Shown piece by piece: positions 33,101 through 43,667 of a DNA stretch of 64,000 nt (position 1 is the first letter of the stretch; the number at the start of each line of letters is the position of its first letter). The translations under genes and the position numbers were made by a program. Source of the stretch: Cyanidioschyzon merolae (taxonomy: Eukaryota). The stretch is taken from the NCBI GenBank assembly GCA_000091205.1, contig AP006499.2. One strand, given 5' to 3'. The notes beneath the pieces were generated by a model. The model searched no databases. It was given only the letters and a program-made list of their open reading frames with translations, and was not told where the DNA came from.

Positions 33101-36100
33101 GGAGCGCTGCGACCTGGGCCAGCACCGGACTCGGCGACAGCGGATGCGGCTGCTCGCCGCCATACCCTATCCTCTAGTTGTCGCATCAGAAAACGTATAA
33201 ACTGAAATTGGGAACTGGTTTCCGGACGCAGGCCTACCATGAGCACAAGCCGTGGCCGTGGAGGTGCCGCCCGAGCAACCAACTGCCGCACCAGGAGCGT
33301 GGCGGTAGCGTCCAGCCGGTTGCCCAGCAGGATGCGTACGGGATCGTCTGCCGCGTCCGTCTCATTCGCCACAAGAACGCTACTTATTCGCCCGGTCTGC
33401 GTGATGATAACCAGCCAAGCGTCGGTAAAACACTGCACGAAGAAAGTGGTTTCTGTCGTCTCCCACGCCGTTTTCCACGTCCAGTGCGGCAGATGCAACG
33501 AGTCGACGACTGGGACACGGCTTCCTGTCTGTCCAGGAGCTGTGTCTGGGTGGCAAGGCTCACCCTGAACCATCCTCGTGCGCAGTGCTGCTGTAGCGGC
33601 GTCTGCAGTCGAGTCAAAGCAGTGCACCGTGTTTCGGGGAAGAGGGCGGTGCACGCGCCCGCTCAGGAATGCGTAGATAGGTTGACGGGATATCTTTAAC
33701 AAGTGTGTATTGCTCGGGGACGCATACGACTCGAAAGCGCGTGTCGAACACAGACGCTTGATACCCTGGCTATCGTCTGTTCACCCAATTTTAACGCAAC
33801 CTCGATGTGATGTAGAGCGGGAGACCGAAATCACGACGCAATGTATGGAATAGATCGGAGACGAAATGCATGTAGGATATATTGATTCCTGCATAGTGCA
33901 AGGAGGACTGCTTCTCTGATTCAGGTCCGTCGTACCACAGTACTCAGACGGTTGAGAAGCACTGAAAGAAAGTAGATGCGCTCTGCTCCAAATACGGGTA
34001 TTCTCGATGAATGCTTGCGGTCAACGGAAGAAAACCGACGTGTTCATCATCTGACGGGAAGCAAAAGCGACGATCGTAGCCGCAACAGGCGTCAATGATT
34101 CAGAATAGCGTATTCATGGAATCCAGGATACACTGGCAGACAGTCGCAATAGAGTCCTAGGTCACGCACGGCCGTCTTCCACCGAAATCGCAACGATTAC
34201 AGCATTCCTGTAACGTCGCGATCGGTATGAGGCATAGGGAGGTCAGTTTGTTTTTCCCAGTCGTTGAGACTCGCTTTTGACGAAACGATCCGAATAGACA
34301 TGAGTGTTTGCGGATAAGGGAGCCCGTTGTATGGACGATCGAACTCGATCAGAACGATGATATCTTCGTCTGGTGCGGCTGCAGCGGATTCACTTGGCGA
34401 CCTCGGGTTCGCTCGCAGAGGAGACTCGTAGAACAGCACCAAGCACTTGGTCGGATCCTTGAAGATTTCGCCCTGACGTTTGACGACGTTCTTCTATTCG
34501 ACAACGTGACATTTCACCATTCCCGTTGCGTTCGGGCTCTTGTCGCATCTATGTGAGTAGATTTGCTCCCCATTCCTCCGTGCACTCCGCGGTTGAACCT
34601 CATAGAACGAATGTTTTCTATCGTGAAACGTATTGATCATTCCACTGGCTGATTCGCTGAAGCGTTCTGCACTCGGTGACATCGGGGCATGTGTCGCCTT
34701 TCTTCGAGATTTCCTTCTTCCCCTGACGATGTCCTTACCTAACGGCATATACAAGTGCGTCCGATTTGAAGACATGAAAACTCTAGTGGAAACGTATCGA
34801 CATGAAAGTCGGAGATCCTGGTGGGTCTGTATCGCCGGCTGTCGAAAAACAAAGAAAAAAAGCCCTCTTCTCACCAACCATTAAGAGGAGACGACCGAGT
34901 TACAAAGACGACGGACAAGAGGGGAGATCGACGACAAAAAAAAATTTTTTTCGGCCTACAGGACGATAACGAGAATCCAGTGCCACAGAGGACACGAGTT
35001 CGTTCGGGGAATCCTTGCACTGATGAGTTCCGCCAGCGTCAATTCTTGCATGGAGTTCGTGAATCGAGCCTTCAACGCTGCCATCCATATCAGACGATGT
35101 GCGGTGCTGAGGACGACCGCTGATGATATGAGGTGATCTACCTTTCTGGGGCAGCCTTTGATCCTAGAAATGCACAAAGAAATGCTAAAATCAATAGCAG
35201 GCTGCCGGGCAAAATAGGCTGGGAAGCGTCTGCGATTGGGTATTCATTTCACTCTCCAGGGACGTAGAGCTTTTTTGTTTTGCCGATCACGTGGGATCCC
35301 AACCAAGAACGTCCAATTAGACGAATGGATGCTTTACTGGGCATGCACCGCAAACGCTGCAGGTGCGAACTGTGCAGCGCTGGTCGAAAAACAGCGTCGC
35401 ACAGCGTAGCAGGGCGGACTCATACAGGTCAACGGTTTTCGTGCATCATCAGCGGTCGACGGAAACTCGGGAAACACACACGCGAATCGCGGTGGCACCG
35501 GTAGCAAAGCGCTATACCCGCAACGACAGGCACCTTGACCAGCAAACGATGCATAGGATGCAAAGCAATGCATTTCGAAGTGGGCAGTTGTCCGGACGTT
35601 CCCGTACCGCCTCGTTGAACGAAACCAAAAGCGCGGTGCCGGGTATCATCACGAAGCCGCAGCACACGTCCTGATTCGGTGTCTCAGAAAGCAGCGACGA
35701 TGCGCTTAAACCCTCGACTCAAAGCCTTTCACAAGGTTGCGGGTTGCAAGATCCATAGTGCCGTTTGCATGACTTCACCTCTGTTAAGAGCGTTGCATCC
35801 GGCGAGTTGCAACGAACGCCACCAGCGACACGGCACAGCAGACGCTCCGGAAGGGGTGACGCAGCGGCCAAGGTACACCGCTGGAACCATCAGATATTTT
35901 CATCACTGAGAACTATCGACGAATCGAAGCTCACGCCCGTGCATCCACGTCCTTGAAAACAATCTCAGTTCAAACGAAGCCGCCTGGAAAAAGCCGCACA
36001 GCTGACCTGGGCAGCTGCAGCACCGACACCAGCGCCCGCGTCCTCCCCTCGAAGCTATGTGTAGTGAACGTCGCTGCGGAAGCGCCAAAGAACCATAGTG

Positions 36101-36349
36101 TCCAGGGTATGCCGTTTCGCGAGCGCAACGAAGAACTGTTGAGAGCAAAAGTGCCTTGCCGCGTAGGCGCTCACTGCGCAGACCCGAAAAGCAGCAGTTT
36201 CAACTGAGTATCAGCGACAGCGTCTCGCCGCACCTCTTGGCTGTTTCTCGTGACGGCAAAGTCGGTTGCGTGGAGGGACTGCGTCAGAGAACGCGTCCGT
36301 CCTGCAGTTCAGCGCTTTCCTGACTTGAGGGCGGGGTTAAGGACCTGGA

Positions 36350-39300
36350 ATGACAGACGCTGACCTGGCGGCATCGAGTCACCCGCTGTGGCCTCGCTGG
36401 AAAGGACTGGTTCGTTTTCTCCGTTCAAGCCGAGGTGCACTGCCCTCAGCGCAACCAGCGGCGAGACTACTCCGAACGTCGCATCGCTTGACCCGGACGC
36501 TAACAGACGAAGCGGATGTGCAGTTGGATGTCAGCGGGTCTCGCTTTCTGCTGACGAGGCGCATCCCTGACGTGGAGCCAAACCGTTTTCAGTGGCTCAT
36601 CTACGTGGGCGACTGCAGCACAAGCCCAGGTACAGTCGATCGTGACCCCGCAGGTCATCTGCTCCGCCTTTGGACGGCTGAACCGCTAGTCCCCGCAAAA
36701 AGCTCCGGCAAAAAGCGTCGTTGGCCTTGGCAGCGGCGGGACGATGCTCCAGACTGGCGGTATGTGTTCGCTCTCGATCCTGCGGGGCGGTTTGTCTACG
36801 GTCTCGCGGTGTCCGACTGCACCTCATGTCGCGTAGACTGGGCGAGCATCGAAACGCTCAACTCCAACGGAATGAGAGAGGAGGCAGTAGCAGCCTCAGT
36901 AAAGAGTCGATGGCTCCGACTGGGCCCGGGCGAAGACCTCCCCGAGTCATCCACCCATGGCGATCGCCTCGTTCACTGGTGTATTCAACCGGCAACGCAG
37001 CACGCCAGAGGCAACGGTGAACCTGCTAGCCAGGTGGTGTCCAGTGCTGCGCCAATCGGTTGCAAAGTCGAGGAGGCTGGCATGCCTCGCGAGACTGCTG
37101 CATTCCATGTCTATACAGCAGCGGGCTGGCACGCTTGCTGGACGCTGGATCGTGTCTCTGGGACACCGTCGTCACGGCCAGTGCTGGTTGAGAGCCTCGA
37201 TGCGCGTATCTGCTACGGCTGGCAGCAACAGCAATCCGAGAGCAGGTGTCTCGAGAGCTGGTTGCTTGCCTATCGAGAGCGCGATGCATCGCCGAAAGAG
37301 TGGCTGTTATTTTCTGGGTCTCCACTGTGCCAGCGTGCAGTTTGGAGCGATCCCAGCGGTTTTCTGGCGGAGGAGATTGACTTTGCGGTCGTTTTTGCAC
37401 ATGGTGCATTTCTGCTATGTGGCAGTCACACGAGGAAACGAGTCGCGCTCTTTGACCTGCGGCCTGGTGGATCACATCCGCTTCGCTGGACACGTGCATC
37501 AATGGAGCAAGAGCAGGAGCAGCAGGTGGCGGCATTGGTGTTATGGGCAGTGCCCTGGGGCTCCGATAGCGTCCTAGTCGCCATCTCGCATGAGAATGGA
37601 GATCGAAGCGATCCGAGTGTTGTTGGTCGCCTCGAATGCTGGCGCTGGGACTTGCTCGACCCAGGAACGACCTCTGAGCCTGAACGCTTGTTCGTCATCG
37701 ACTGGACGAGCCTGGTGCGGGATACGGACGCAGATGTGGGGTCAGCGCCGCCTCCCAGCGAGTATGGATGTGCAGCATCGACGCTCGCTCCGAATGTACA
37801 GACTGGTGCAGACTCGAATGCCACCGCGAGCGCCACCACAACGACAGCAGCACTGGAAGCGCAAACACCAGCACGCCGGTATCGCTGGACGTGGCTTGGC
37901 TGGCGCGTGCCCAGGAAGCAGGCTTTAAGGCAGCCTGCTGAAGCGTTGGATCCAGCAGCACCAACGCTCGTACAGATGTGTGCGGTGGGGGCTGCACAAG
38001 CGCTAGCGCTTCTCGTCGACCAGCATCACGGCTACGTGGTCTACCTCGAGCAGCCAGATCGCGCTAGTGCCCTGGCAGAAGTGCTTCTGGAGCACGACTC
38101 AGACACTTGTACCGCGCTGATGCAAGCGATGCACATTCCAGCGCCCATGGAGGCACTTTTGCGTTGGCGATGCTCACCACGCGACGCTGATGCAGCCAGG
38201 GCACTCGTCGCTGCACTTCCGACCGAGTGGCGCTGGGCTGCAGCCTACGAGGCTATCCAGAACCGCGCAGCAACGCTGAGTGCAGCACGCGTTCTGCTGC
38301 GGGCTGTGAACGCTGCCCAGGTTCCGCGTATGGTAGCAGAGGTTGCAGGTCTTTCCGCAACGCTCGTGAGTGAACGAGCGTTCCTGATCAGTGCGCTCTC
38401 CGCGGATGCCTTATCCGCCGAGCATTGTCGCGTTGCCCTTCTGCTGCACCAGCGGGCTGGCTGGGACGTTGTGCTCGAGTACCTCGGCGCGTGCAGTGCA
38501 ACCGCAGCGCTTCGAGTGCTGCTCCTCGATGAACAGGAGGTGTCGCAGCAGCAGCAGCCGTCCATCTTGGACCGGGTCTGGAAGGCAACACCGCTGACCG
38601 CGGATCCACAGCAATGCACTGCACTTATCGAGGCCAAGTTTCAACAGGATCGTGACCCGCTCAAGACCGTAGACTATTTCAGGGAACATGCCGGGCGCCT
38701 CGACGACGCCACCGGCTCTCTGCGTTTGGTTCATCGACTCCTCGCCGCAGTCATGACCGTTCTGGACGCTTCACAGGCGAGTCTGGAGCCAGCCTCATCG
38801 GTAGCGAGTGCGCGTTCAAGCGCCACCGAGTTCCTACAACAGACGCTACGCCTACGCGAGGCGCTACAGTGGGAGCAGTTGCAGCCACAGGTCGAAAACT
38901 TGTCCTTATTGGAATTTGCACGCATGGATGCGCTTCAGGTACTGGAGCGCCTCCTCAAGGCCAGTCTTCAGGCAATGCAGACCGGGCGCGCACTCCAAGA
39001 GGCGTCCATGCTCAGGGAGGTGCTCGAAAGCGACCTGGTGATGCATATGCTCGAAGGCGTCCGGGCGCTCGATGCACACCAGTTCTTGGAATCGGCGCTG
39101 GAGGCTGCGTTCATGAACGACGCAAGGCCGCTGGATACCAGGTTCGGCGCTGTGCAGATCGAGGGATGGTGCAATGTGCTCTGCGAGCTCCTGGAAGCGT
39201 CGCGTTCGTGCAAACTTTGTCGGAAACTTGACTGGCGGGACGCGTATTTCCAGAACTGGTGCTGGTCTTGGCTTGCTCGAGCGCTTCTCATCCGCGTCGC

Positions 39301-42300
39301 GCTGACCCGGTCGCAGGTTGCACGACTCGCTGCAGCGCTGCGTGCACACGACGAAGCGGAGCCCATGCTGGAGAGCATTGCGCTCAGTGAAATGCTCTCC
39401 AGCGATACACCGGATCCTTACGAGCGTCTGCAACTGCGACAATGGCTCTGGCAGGCACGACAGGAGCAGCTGCAGCGGCCTTCTTCGCGACTAGTCGCTG
39501 GGGAGTGGCGAAAGCGGTTGATTTCAGGTTACGCTACCGCTGCTGGTATGCAGGCATCGGACTCGCTGGATCGTTTAGAGGCGCTTCTGGAGATACATGG
39601 ACTGCAGCTGGACTGCAGGGAGCGGCTGAGCGGTCTCCTGGCCGCTTATCGCCGAAATACCGCACTGGTGACGCACCTGGTTGCTTGCATCGAGCAGTGC
39701 GGCGCGAGTGAGGTTACGGACGCTGCGAGCCTGCTCTGGCAGGTGGCGCTCTTCTGCTTCAAAGAGGAATCGTATCCGGTGTCGTGTACGGAGCAGCTGC
39801 TCCAGTACGGGGCAAAAACGTGGCGAAGCGGATCGCCAGCGCTCCAAGCTCGCATACGGGCGCTCTTACAGACCGCACGAATGGTGCTCGCGCTCCAGGA
39901 GCTGGGCTTGCCCACGTTGCATCCACGGCGTCTGGCTTGGGAAGCACGTCCAGCGGCTTGGCTGTGGCACTTTTCCGAGCTCATTCAACGCTCTGAAACA
40001 CGCGCCGGTGAGCCGGAGCTGCAGCAGGTTGCAGCACTGGGTCACTTGGACACCGCAACGGCATGGTTGCTGGCGCGTCGAACGCCCGACACGCCCTCAG
40101 TTTTGGACTCGATGATGTACTATCCACCCGATGCGGTTGCTTGGCTACGCAGCAACTGCCGAGAAGCAGCGCTGCACAGCAGTTTACAACGCGGCTACTC
40201 GAATGATGACATGGATGCGTCCCGTTATCGTCTATCGCGTCTGTGGGGTACGCTGGCACGTCGCCTGCTGGACGAGGCCGAGCCGTTTCGACCCCAGGTC
40301 CAGCAACTCATTTTTGACCAGCTCACAGCGAAAGGCGCTCTGCCGCTGGACCTCGCCTGGATTCAGCGCTACTACGGAGGCGAGCCCAGCGTCGACCACG
40401 CCGTGCAGGTTGCTTGCACCGCGCCCGTTTCAACGATTGCTGCAGAGGCGTGGCGGTATCGCTTGACCGTACCAGCGATCCTGTATAGGTACCCGCTGGA
40501 ACAGCTGGACCCGACATCCTGGCTCGATACGAGCATCGCGCTCTGGATCCTCCGTCAGCCAGCGGATACCCCGGTGGGGCGCGCACCATTCCTTCCACCC
40601 GCTGGGGATGTGCGTCTGCACACCTGCGGCATGTTGCAGCACTGGGCAAGCGAGCCAGCTATGCCAACAGCTGCGCAAGCGCTGGTGCTCAAATTTCAGC
40701 GAGCTGCTGAGGCTTTCTGCGAGGCTTTCCGCTGGGTTTCACAGGTGATGCAGCACCCGGCGCTCGAGCAAGATACGGATCTGTGCGAGCGCTATGTCCG
40801 TCGCTTCCTTGAGGATGCAAGTTACCGCGAGACGGTCGTCGTAGCAGCACTAGCGCATACGACTGATGAGGGACGGCTTGCCGTCTTGATCCAACCGGAG
40901 ATTGACGCTGCCGCTCGGCTTGGGGTATCGTCGGCGCAGTGCCGCTTGGAGCATGTTCGGTGGTGTTTCGAACAGGCACAGCGAGCTGGTGCTGCTGCTG
41001 GTGCTGCTGGTGCTACTGCTGCTGCTGCTGGTGTCGTCGACGTCGTCGAGGCCACAGCGCCCCGCTCACCGATACGCGGAAGCACGCTGTCGTCGGTGGA
41101 GTCACCGGCGCGTTGGCACCAGGAGCACGCCCTTGTGACGTTGCTGGTGCAGCACGATGGACTCGGGCAGGCGCTGCTTGCACTCACGAATGAGCATCTG
41201 GAGGCTATGGCACAAAAGGCGCCGCATCCGCTAGTGTATTTGGTGCTGGCGTCCACGGAACGACATCCGCGAGCAGTTGCGCTATCCGAGGCATTGCGTG
41301 AGCACGTCGTCGATATGGCGTTGGATTGGGCGTCACTGTGGCTACTGTTTACTGCGAATGCGGATGCATACGGGCCCCTGGCAACCTACCTGTGCGAGCG
41401 CTCCGCAACGGACCCGGAAGCTGGCCTACAGCTCTGGCGCCTCGTAGCGATATGTGTATCGACGCCAGCGCCGCTCTTGGCTGCGGCGGTCGAAGGGTTC
41501 CTCTCACGCGCCTCATCAGCGGAGCAAGTTTATCGGTGGCTTCTCGAGACCACGCGACACGATGACGATGCCGTTCGACACGAGCTTCTCGGCGTCTGGG
41601 CCGCGGCACTCGTACAATGCGGAGGACGATCAGTAGGAACAGCAGCAGCAGAGCGCAGCCGTATTTTCGAATGGATCGACGGATTCCCGCTCGATACCAT
41701 GCGAGGCGGTGAGGAGCTTCAGTGCGAGTCTCAGTTTCTCGTGTTCTTTGTTCGACGTGTTCTTGAATATATGGAGGCGCTTTGGAACGATCGCGTCCTA
41801 GCGAGCGCGCGGGTGTCAGCAATGCTCTGTGAGCGCTACGCTTCTGCATGCTCAGCGGCGTTCCAGGCGAGTCTCGGCAGCGGGGAATTGTCGCCAGCAG
41901 TGCTGAACACTCAGGATAGCTCGCTCGGCGCTCGTGCAGAGCGCTCCGCAGACCGGCTGGTTGTGGAGCAGACGTTAGCGTGGCTGCGGACGTTGTCGAC
42001 AGCGGAGCTGCAGCAGTGGCAACCGCGACTGCATGCCATTTTCGCTATCGCGGACGCTACGGTATCCTTGACGGTTCCCGAAGCGGCCGTTCCAGCACGT
42101 GACGAGGCACAGCGCCGTGTCGAGCAGGAGGAGTCCAACGCGGACGCATCACCCGTTTTGACTAGTGATAGCGCGTCGAACGAGTCCACGGAAGATTCCA
42201 TTGTGGCAGGTATCTTACGTGGTAACATCTGGCAAGCAGGTTCGACGTTATTACAGCGTCGTCGTTGGTCATTGGTATATGGCAACACACCAGAGGCGGC

Positions 42301-42451
42301 GCTTGTGCTTCTCCAGCGTCACCTGGAGGAGGCGCTCGCGACGTCGTCAAGTGGTGTGGAGGCGTCACGTTTCGCGTCACGCTCTGAAGTGCTGCGTGCG
42401 CTGGCTGTCGTATCCGAGTGGCGCACGGCGCTCGGGCTACCGGATACTTGA
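36350..42451 (+). CDS. Large hypothetical protein (2033 aa): N-terminal region of beta-strand-like character followed by a long Leu/Ala-rich alpha-helical solenoid-like region; no family recognised
   Basis: An uninterrupted 6.1-kb ORF with an ATG start at 36350 and coding-like GC content. An internal (GCT)n tract at about 40981-41040 encodes AAAGAAGATAAAAG. The beta-propeller-plus-alpha-solenoid architecture is an inference from composition only. Confidence 0.55.
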   Translation: MTDADLAASSHPLWPRWKGLVRFLRSSRGALPSAQPAARLLRTSHRLTRTLTDEADVQLDVSGSRFLLTRRIPDVEPNRFQWLIYVGDCSTSPGTVDRDPAGHLLRLWTAEPLVPAKSSGKKRRWPWQRRDDAPDWRYVFALDPAGRFVYGLAVSDCTSCRVDWASIETLNSNGMREEAVAASVKSRWLRLGPGEDLPESSTHGDRLVHWCIQPATQHARGNGEPASQVVSSAAPIGCKVEEAGMPRETAAFHVYTAAGWHACWTLDRVSGTPSSRPVLVESLDARICYGWQQQQSESRCLESWLLAYRERDASPKEWLLFSGSPLCQRAVWSDPSGFLAEEIDFAVVFAHGAFLLCGSHTRKRVALFDLRPGGSHPLRWTRASMEQEQEQQVAALVLWAVPWGSDSVLVAISHENGDRSDPSVVGRLECWRWDLLDPGTTSEPERLFVIDWTSLVRDTDADVGSAPPPSEYGCAASTLAPNVQTGADSNATASATTTTAALEAQTPARRYRWTWLGWRVPRKQALRQPAEALDPAAPTLVQMCAVGAAQALALLVDQHHGYVVYLEQPDRASALAEVLLEHDSDTCTALMQAMHIPAPMEALLRWRCSPRDADAARALVAALPTEWRWAAAYEAIQNRAATLSAARVLLRAVNAAQVPRMVAEVAGLSATLVSERAFLISALSADALSAEHCRVALLLHQRAGWDVVLEYLGACSATAALRVLLLDEQEVSQQQQPSILDRVWKATPLTADPQQCTALIEAKFQQDRDPLKTVDYFREHAGRLDDATGSLRLVHRLLAAVMTVLDASQASLEPASSVASARSSATEFLQQTLRLREALQWEQLQPQVENLSLLEFARMDALQVLERLLKASLQAMQTGRALQEASMLREVLESDLVMHMLEGVRALDAHQFLESALEAAFMNDARPLDTRFGAVQIEGWCNVLCELLEASRSCKLCRKLDWRDAYFQNWCWSWLARALLIRVALTRSQVARLAAALRAHDEAEPMLESIALSEMLSSDTPDPYERLQLRQWLWQARQEQLQRPSSRLVAGEWRKRLISGYATAAGMQASDSLDRLEALLEIHGLQLDCRERLSGLLAAYRRNTALVTHLVACIEQCGASEVTDAASLLWQVALFCFKEESYPVSCTEQLLQYGAKTWRSGSPALQARIRALLQTARMVLALQELGLPTLHPRRLAWEARPAAWLWHFSELIQRSETRAGEPELQQVAALGHLDTATAWLLARRTPDTPSVLDSMMYYPPDAVAWLRSNCREAALHSSLQRGYSNDDMDASRYRLSRLWGTLARRLLDEAEPFRPQVQQLIFDQLTAKGALPLDLAWIQRYYGGEPSVDHAVQVACTAPVSTIAAEAWRYRLTVPAILYRYPLEQLDPTSWLDTSIALWILRQPADTPVGRAPFLPPAGDVRLHTCGMLQHWASEPAMPTAAQALVLKFQRAAEAFCEAFRWVSQVMQHPALEQDTDLCERYVRRFLEDASYRETVVVAALAHTTDEGRLAVLIQPEIDAAARLGVSSAQCRLEHVRWCFEQAQRAGAAAGAAGATAAAAGVVDVVEATAPRSPIRGSTLSSVESPARWHQEHALVTLLVQHDGLGQALLALTNEHLEAMAQKAPHPLVYLVLASTERHPRAVALSEALREHVVDMALDWASLWLLFTANADAYGPLATYLCERSATDPEAGLQLWRLVAICVSTPAPLLAAAVEGFLSRASSAEQVYRWLLETTRHDDDAVRHELLGVWAAALVQCGGRSVGTAAAERSRIFEWIDGFPLDTMRGGEELQCESQFLVFFVRRVLEYMEALWNDRVLASARVSAMLCERYASACSAAFQASLGSGELSPAVLNTQDSSLGARAERSADRLVVEQTLAWLRTLSTAELQQWQPRLHAIFAIADATVSLTVPEAAVPARDEAQRRVEQEESNADASPVLTSDSASNESTEDSIVAGILRGNIWQAGSTLLQRRRWSLVYGNTPEAALVLLQRHLEEALATSSSGVEASRFASRSEVLRALAVVSEWRTALGLPDT

Positions 42452-42487
42452 ACAGTATGAGCGCGTTGCCGAAACATAATGATGATG

Positions 42488-42706
42488 ATGATGATGATGA
42501 TGCGATGATCTCTGATGAACAGCATCTCGATACGAATTGGGTATACCCGATCGCGCACTTGATATCCAGCGATGGTGAACGCGTATCGCGAAGCTAGTTT
42601 TCTGATGCATAGCACATCTTGATACGAATTGGGTATACGCGATAGCACACTTGCTATGAACGATGCACACATCCAAAGCATAGCAGCAGCAGCAGCAGCA
42701 GCAGCG
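42488..42706. repeat. Convergent 3' intergenic repeat cluster: (GAT)7-8 at 42491-42512, a ~55-bp direct repeat (42520-42580 and 42612-42672), and (AGC)8 at 42682-42705
   Basis: The direct repeat reads tctgatgaacagcatctcgatacgaattgggtatacccgatcgcgcacttg versus tctgatgcatagcacatcttgatacgaattgggtatacgcgatagcacacttg. It lies between the stop of the 2033-aa gene and the stop of the WrbA-like gene. Confidence 0.8.
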
Positions 42707-43058
42707 GTAACCAGGCAGCGGTTACCGGTTTGCACGACCCGTGCGCACCGTAACGCCCCATGACATGTGCGTTCCGCTTTGTGAACCGTATGGCATCGAA
42801 GGGGCGCGTGTGTCGTGCACGCACAGAGATACCCGTAATGTTCGCTTGGTGGCCTTTTGTGTGTGAGTGACCGGTACCTGCGCCCGGAAAGGAAACCGCG
42901 CAACCGACTTTTACGATACTGGGACTCTTCGACGCATCAACACGAGATCGCGGACACAGCACAGTAGCCTCGAGCGCCTTGTCATGTAAAGCACGCATTC
43001 GTTATTCTGGACCTTTTACACCACATGGATTCAGGACTCCTTCCCTAGACAGCTATGC

Positions 43059-43667
43059 TTAAGAGGCGATTTTCTTGACAAAATTCGCGAATCGCTCTCC
43101 CTGGATTTCCGCCAAACGAAGCTCCATCTCGCTTGGTTGCCGCGACCCGTCGGGTCCGGCAAAGGTCGACGCGCCGTACGGCGTGCCCCCGTGAACCTGA
43201 CTCATATCCATCATGCTGGGATCTGCATAGCCGAGTGGAACGAAAATCATGCCGTGGTGCACAAACCGTGTTAGAGCGGTCAGCGCTGTGGTCTCCTGTC
43301 CGCCCTGCATGGTGGACGTCGAGACAAAAATACCCGCGGCCTTGCCTTGGAGCGCACCAGACATCCAGAGCCTGCCCGTTGCATCCCAGAACGCACTCAT
43401 CTGCGCCGGGGACTGTCCGTACCTTGTCGGGTAACCGAATAAAATTCCGTCATATTCAGCGAGCTTCGCCGGGTCCTGAAGCACTGGAATATCTTCCGGC
43501 TTTGGCGGTGCGTTCATCTTCTTCAGGACCTCTTCGGGCAGGGTCTCCGGCACCCGCATCAGGTCACAGTGCACGCCAGCCTTTTTCACACCTTGCACCT
43601 CATGACGCGCCAACTGCGTAATGTGGCCGTACATGGAGTAGATAAGCACGAGAACTTTGGGCGCCAT
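43059..43667 (-). CDS. WrbA/Pst2-type flavodoxin-like NAD(P)H:quinone oxidoreductase
   Basis: MAPKVLVLIYSMYGHITQLARHEV...GILFGYPTRYGQSPAQMSAFWDATGRLWMSGALQGKAAGIFVSTSTMQGGQETTALTALTRFVHHGMIFVPLGYAD...GGTPYGASTFAG matches the WrbA/YCP4/PST2 family. The ORF-track extension to 43934 starts at a GTG and has no internal Met. The first ATG is the reverse complement of 43665-43667 and gives a ~203-aa protein. Confidence 0.85.
   Translation of the reverse strand: MAPKVLVLIYSMYGHITQLARHEVQGVKKAGVHCDLMRVPETLPEEVLKKMNAPPKPEDIPVLQDPAKLAEYDGILFGYPTRYGQSPAQMSAFWDATGRLWMSGALQGKAAGIFVSTSTMQGGQETTALTALTRFVHHGMIFVPLGYADPSMMDMSQVHGGTPYGASTFAGPDGSRQPSEMELRLAEIQGERFANFVKKIAS

Noticed and set aside
33007-33702. 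231-aa minus-strand ORF downstream of eIF4G
   Set aside because: It starts at a TTG, partly overlaps the eIF4G 3' end in antisense, and has no recognisable domain.
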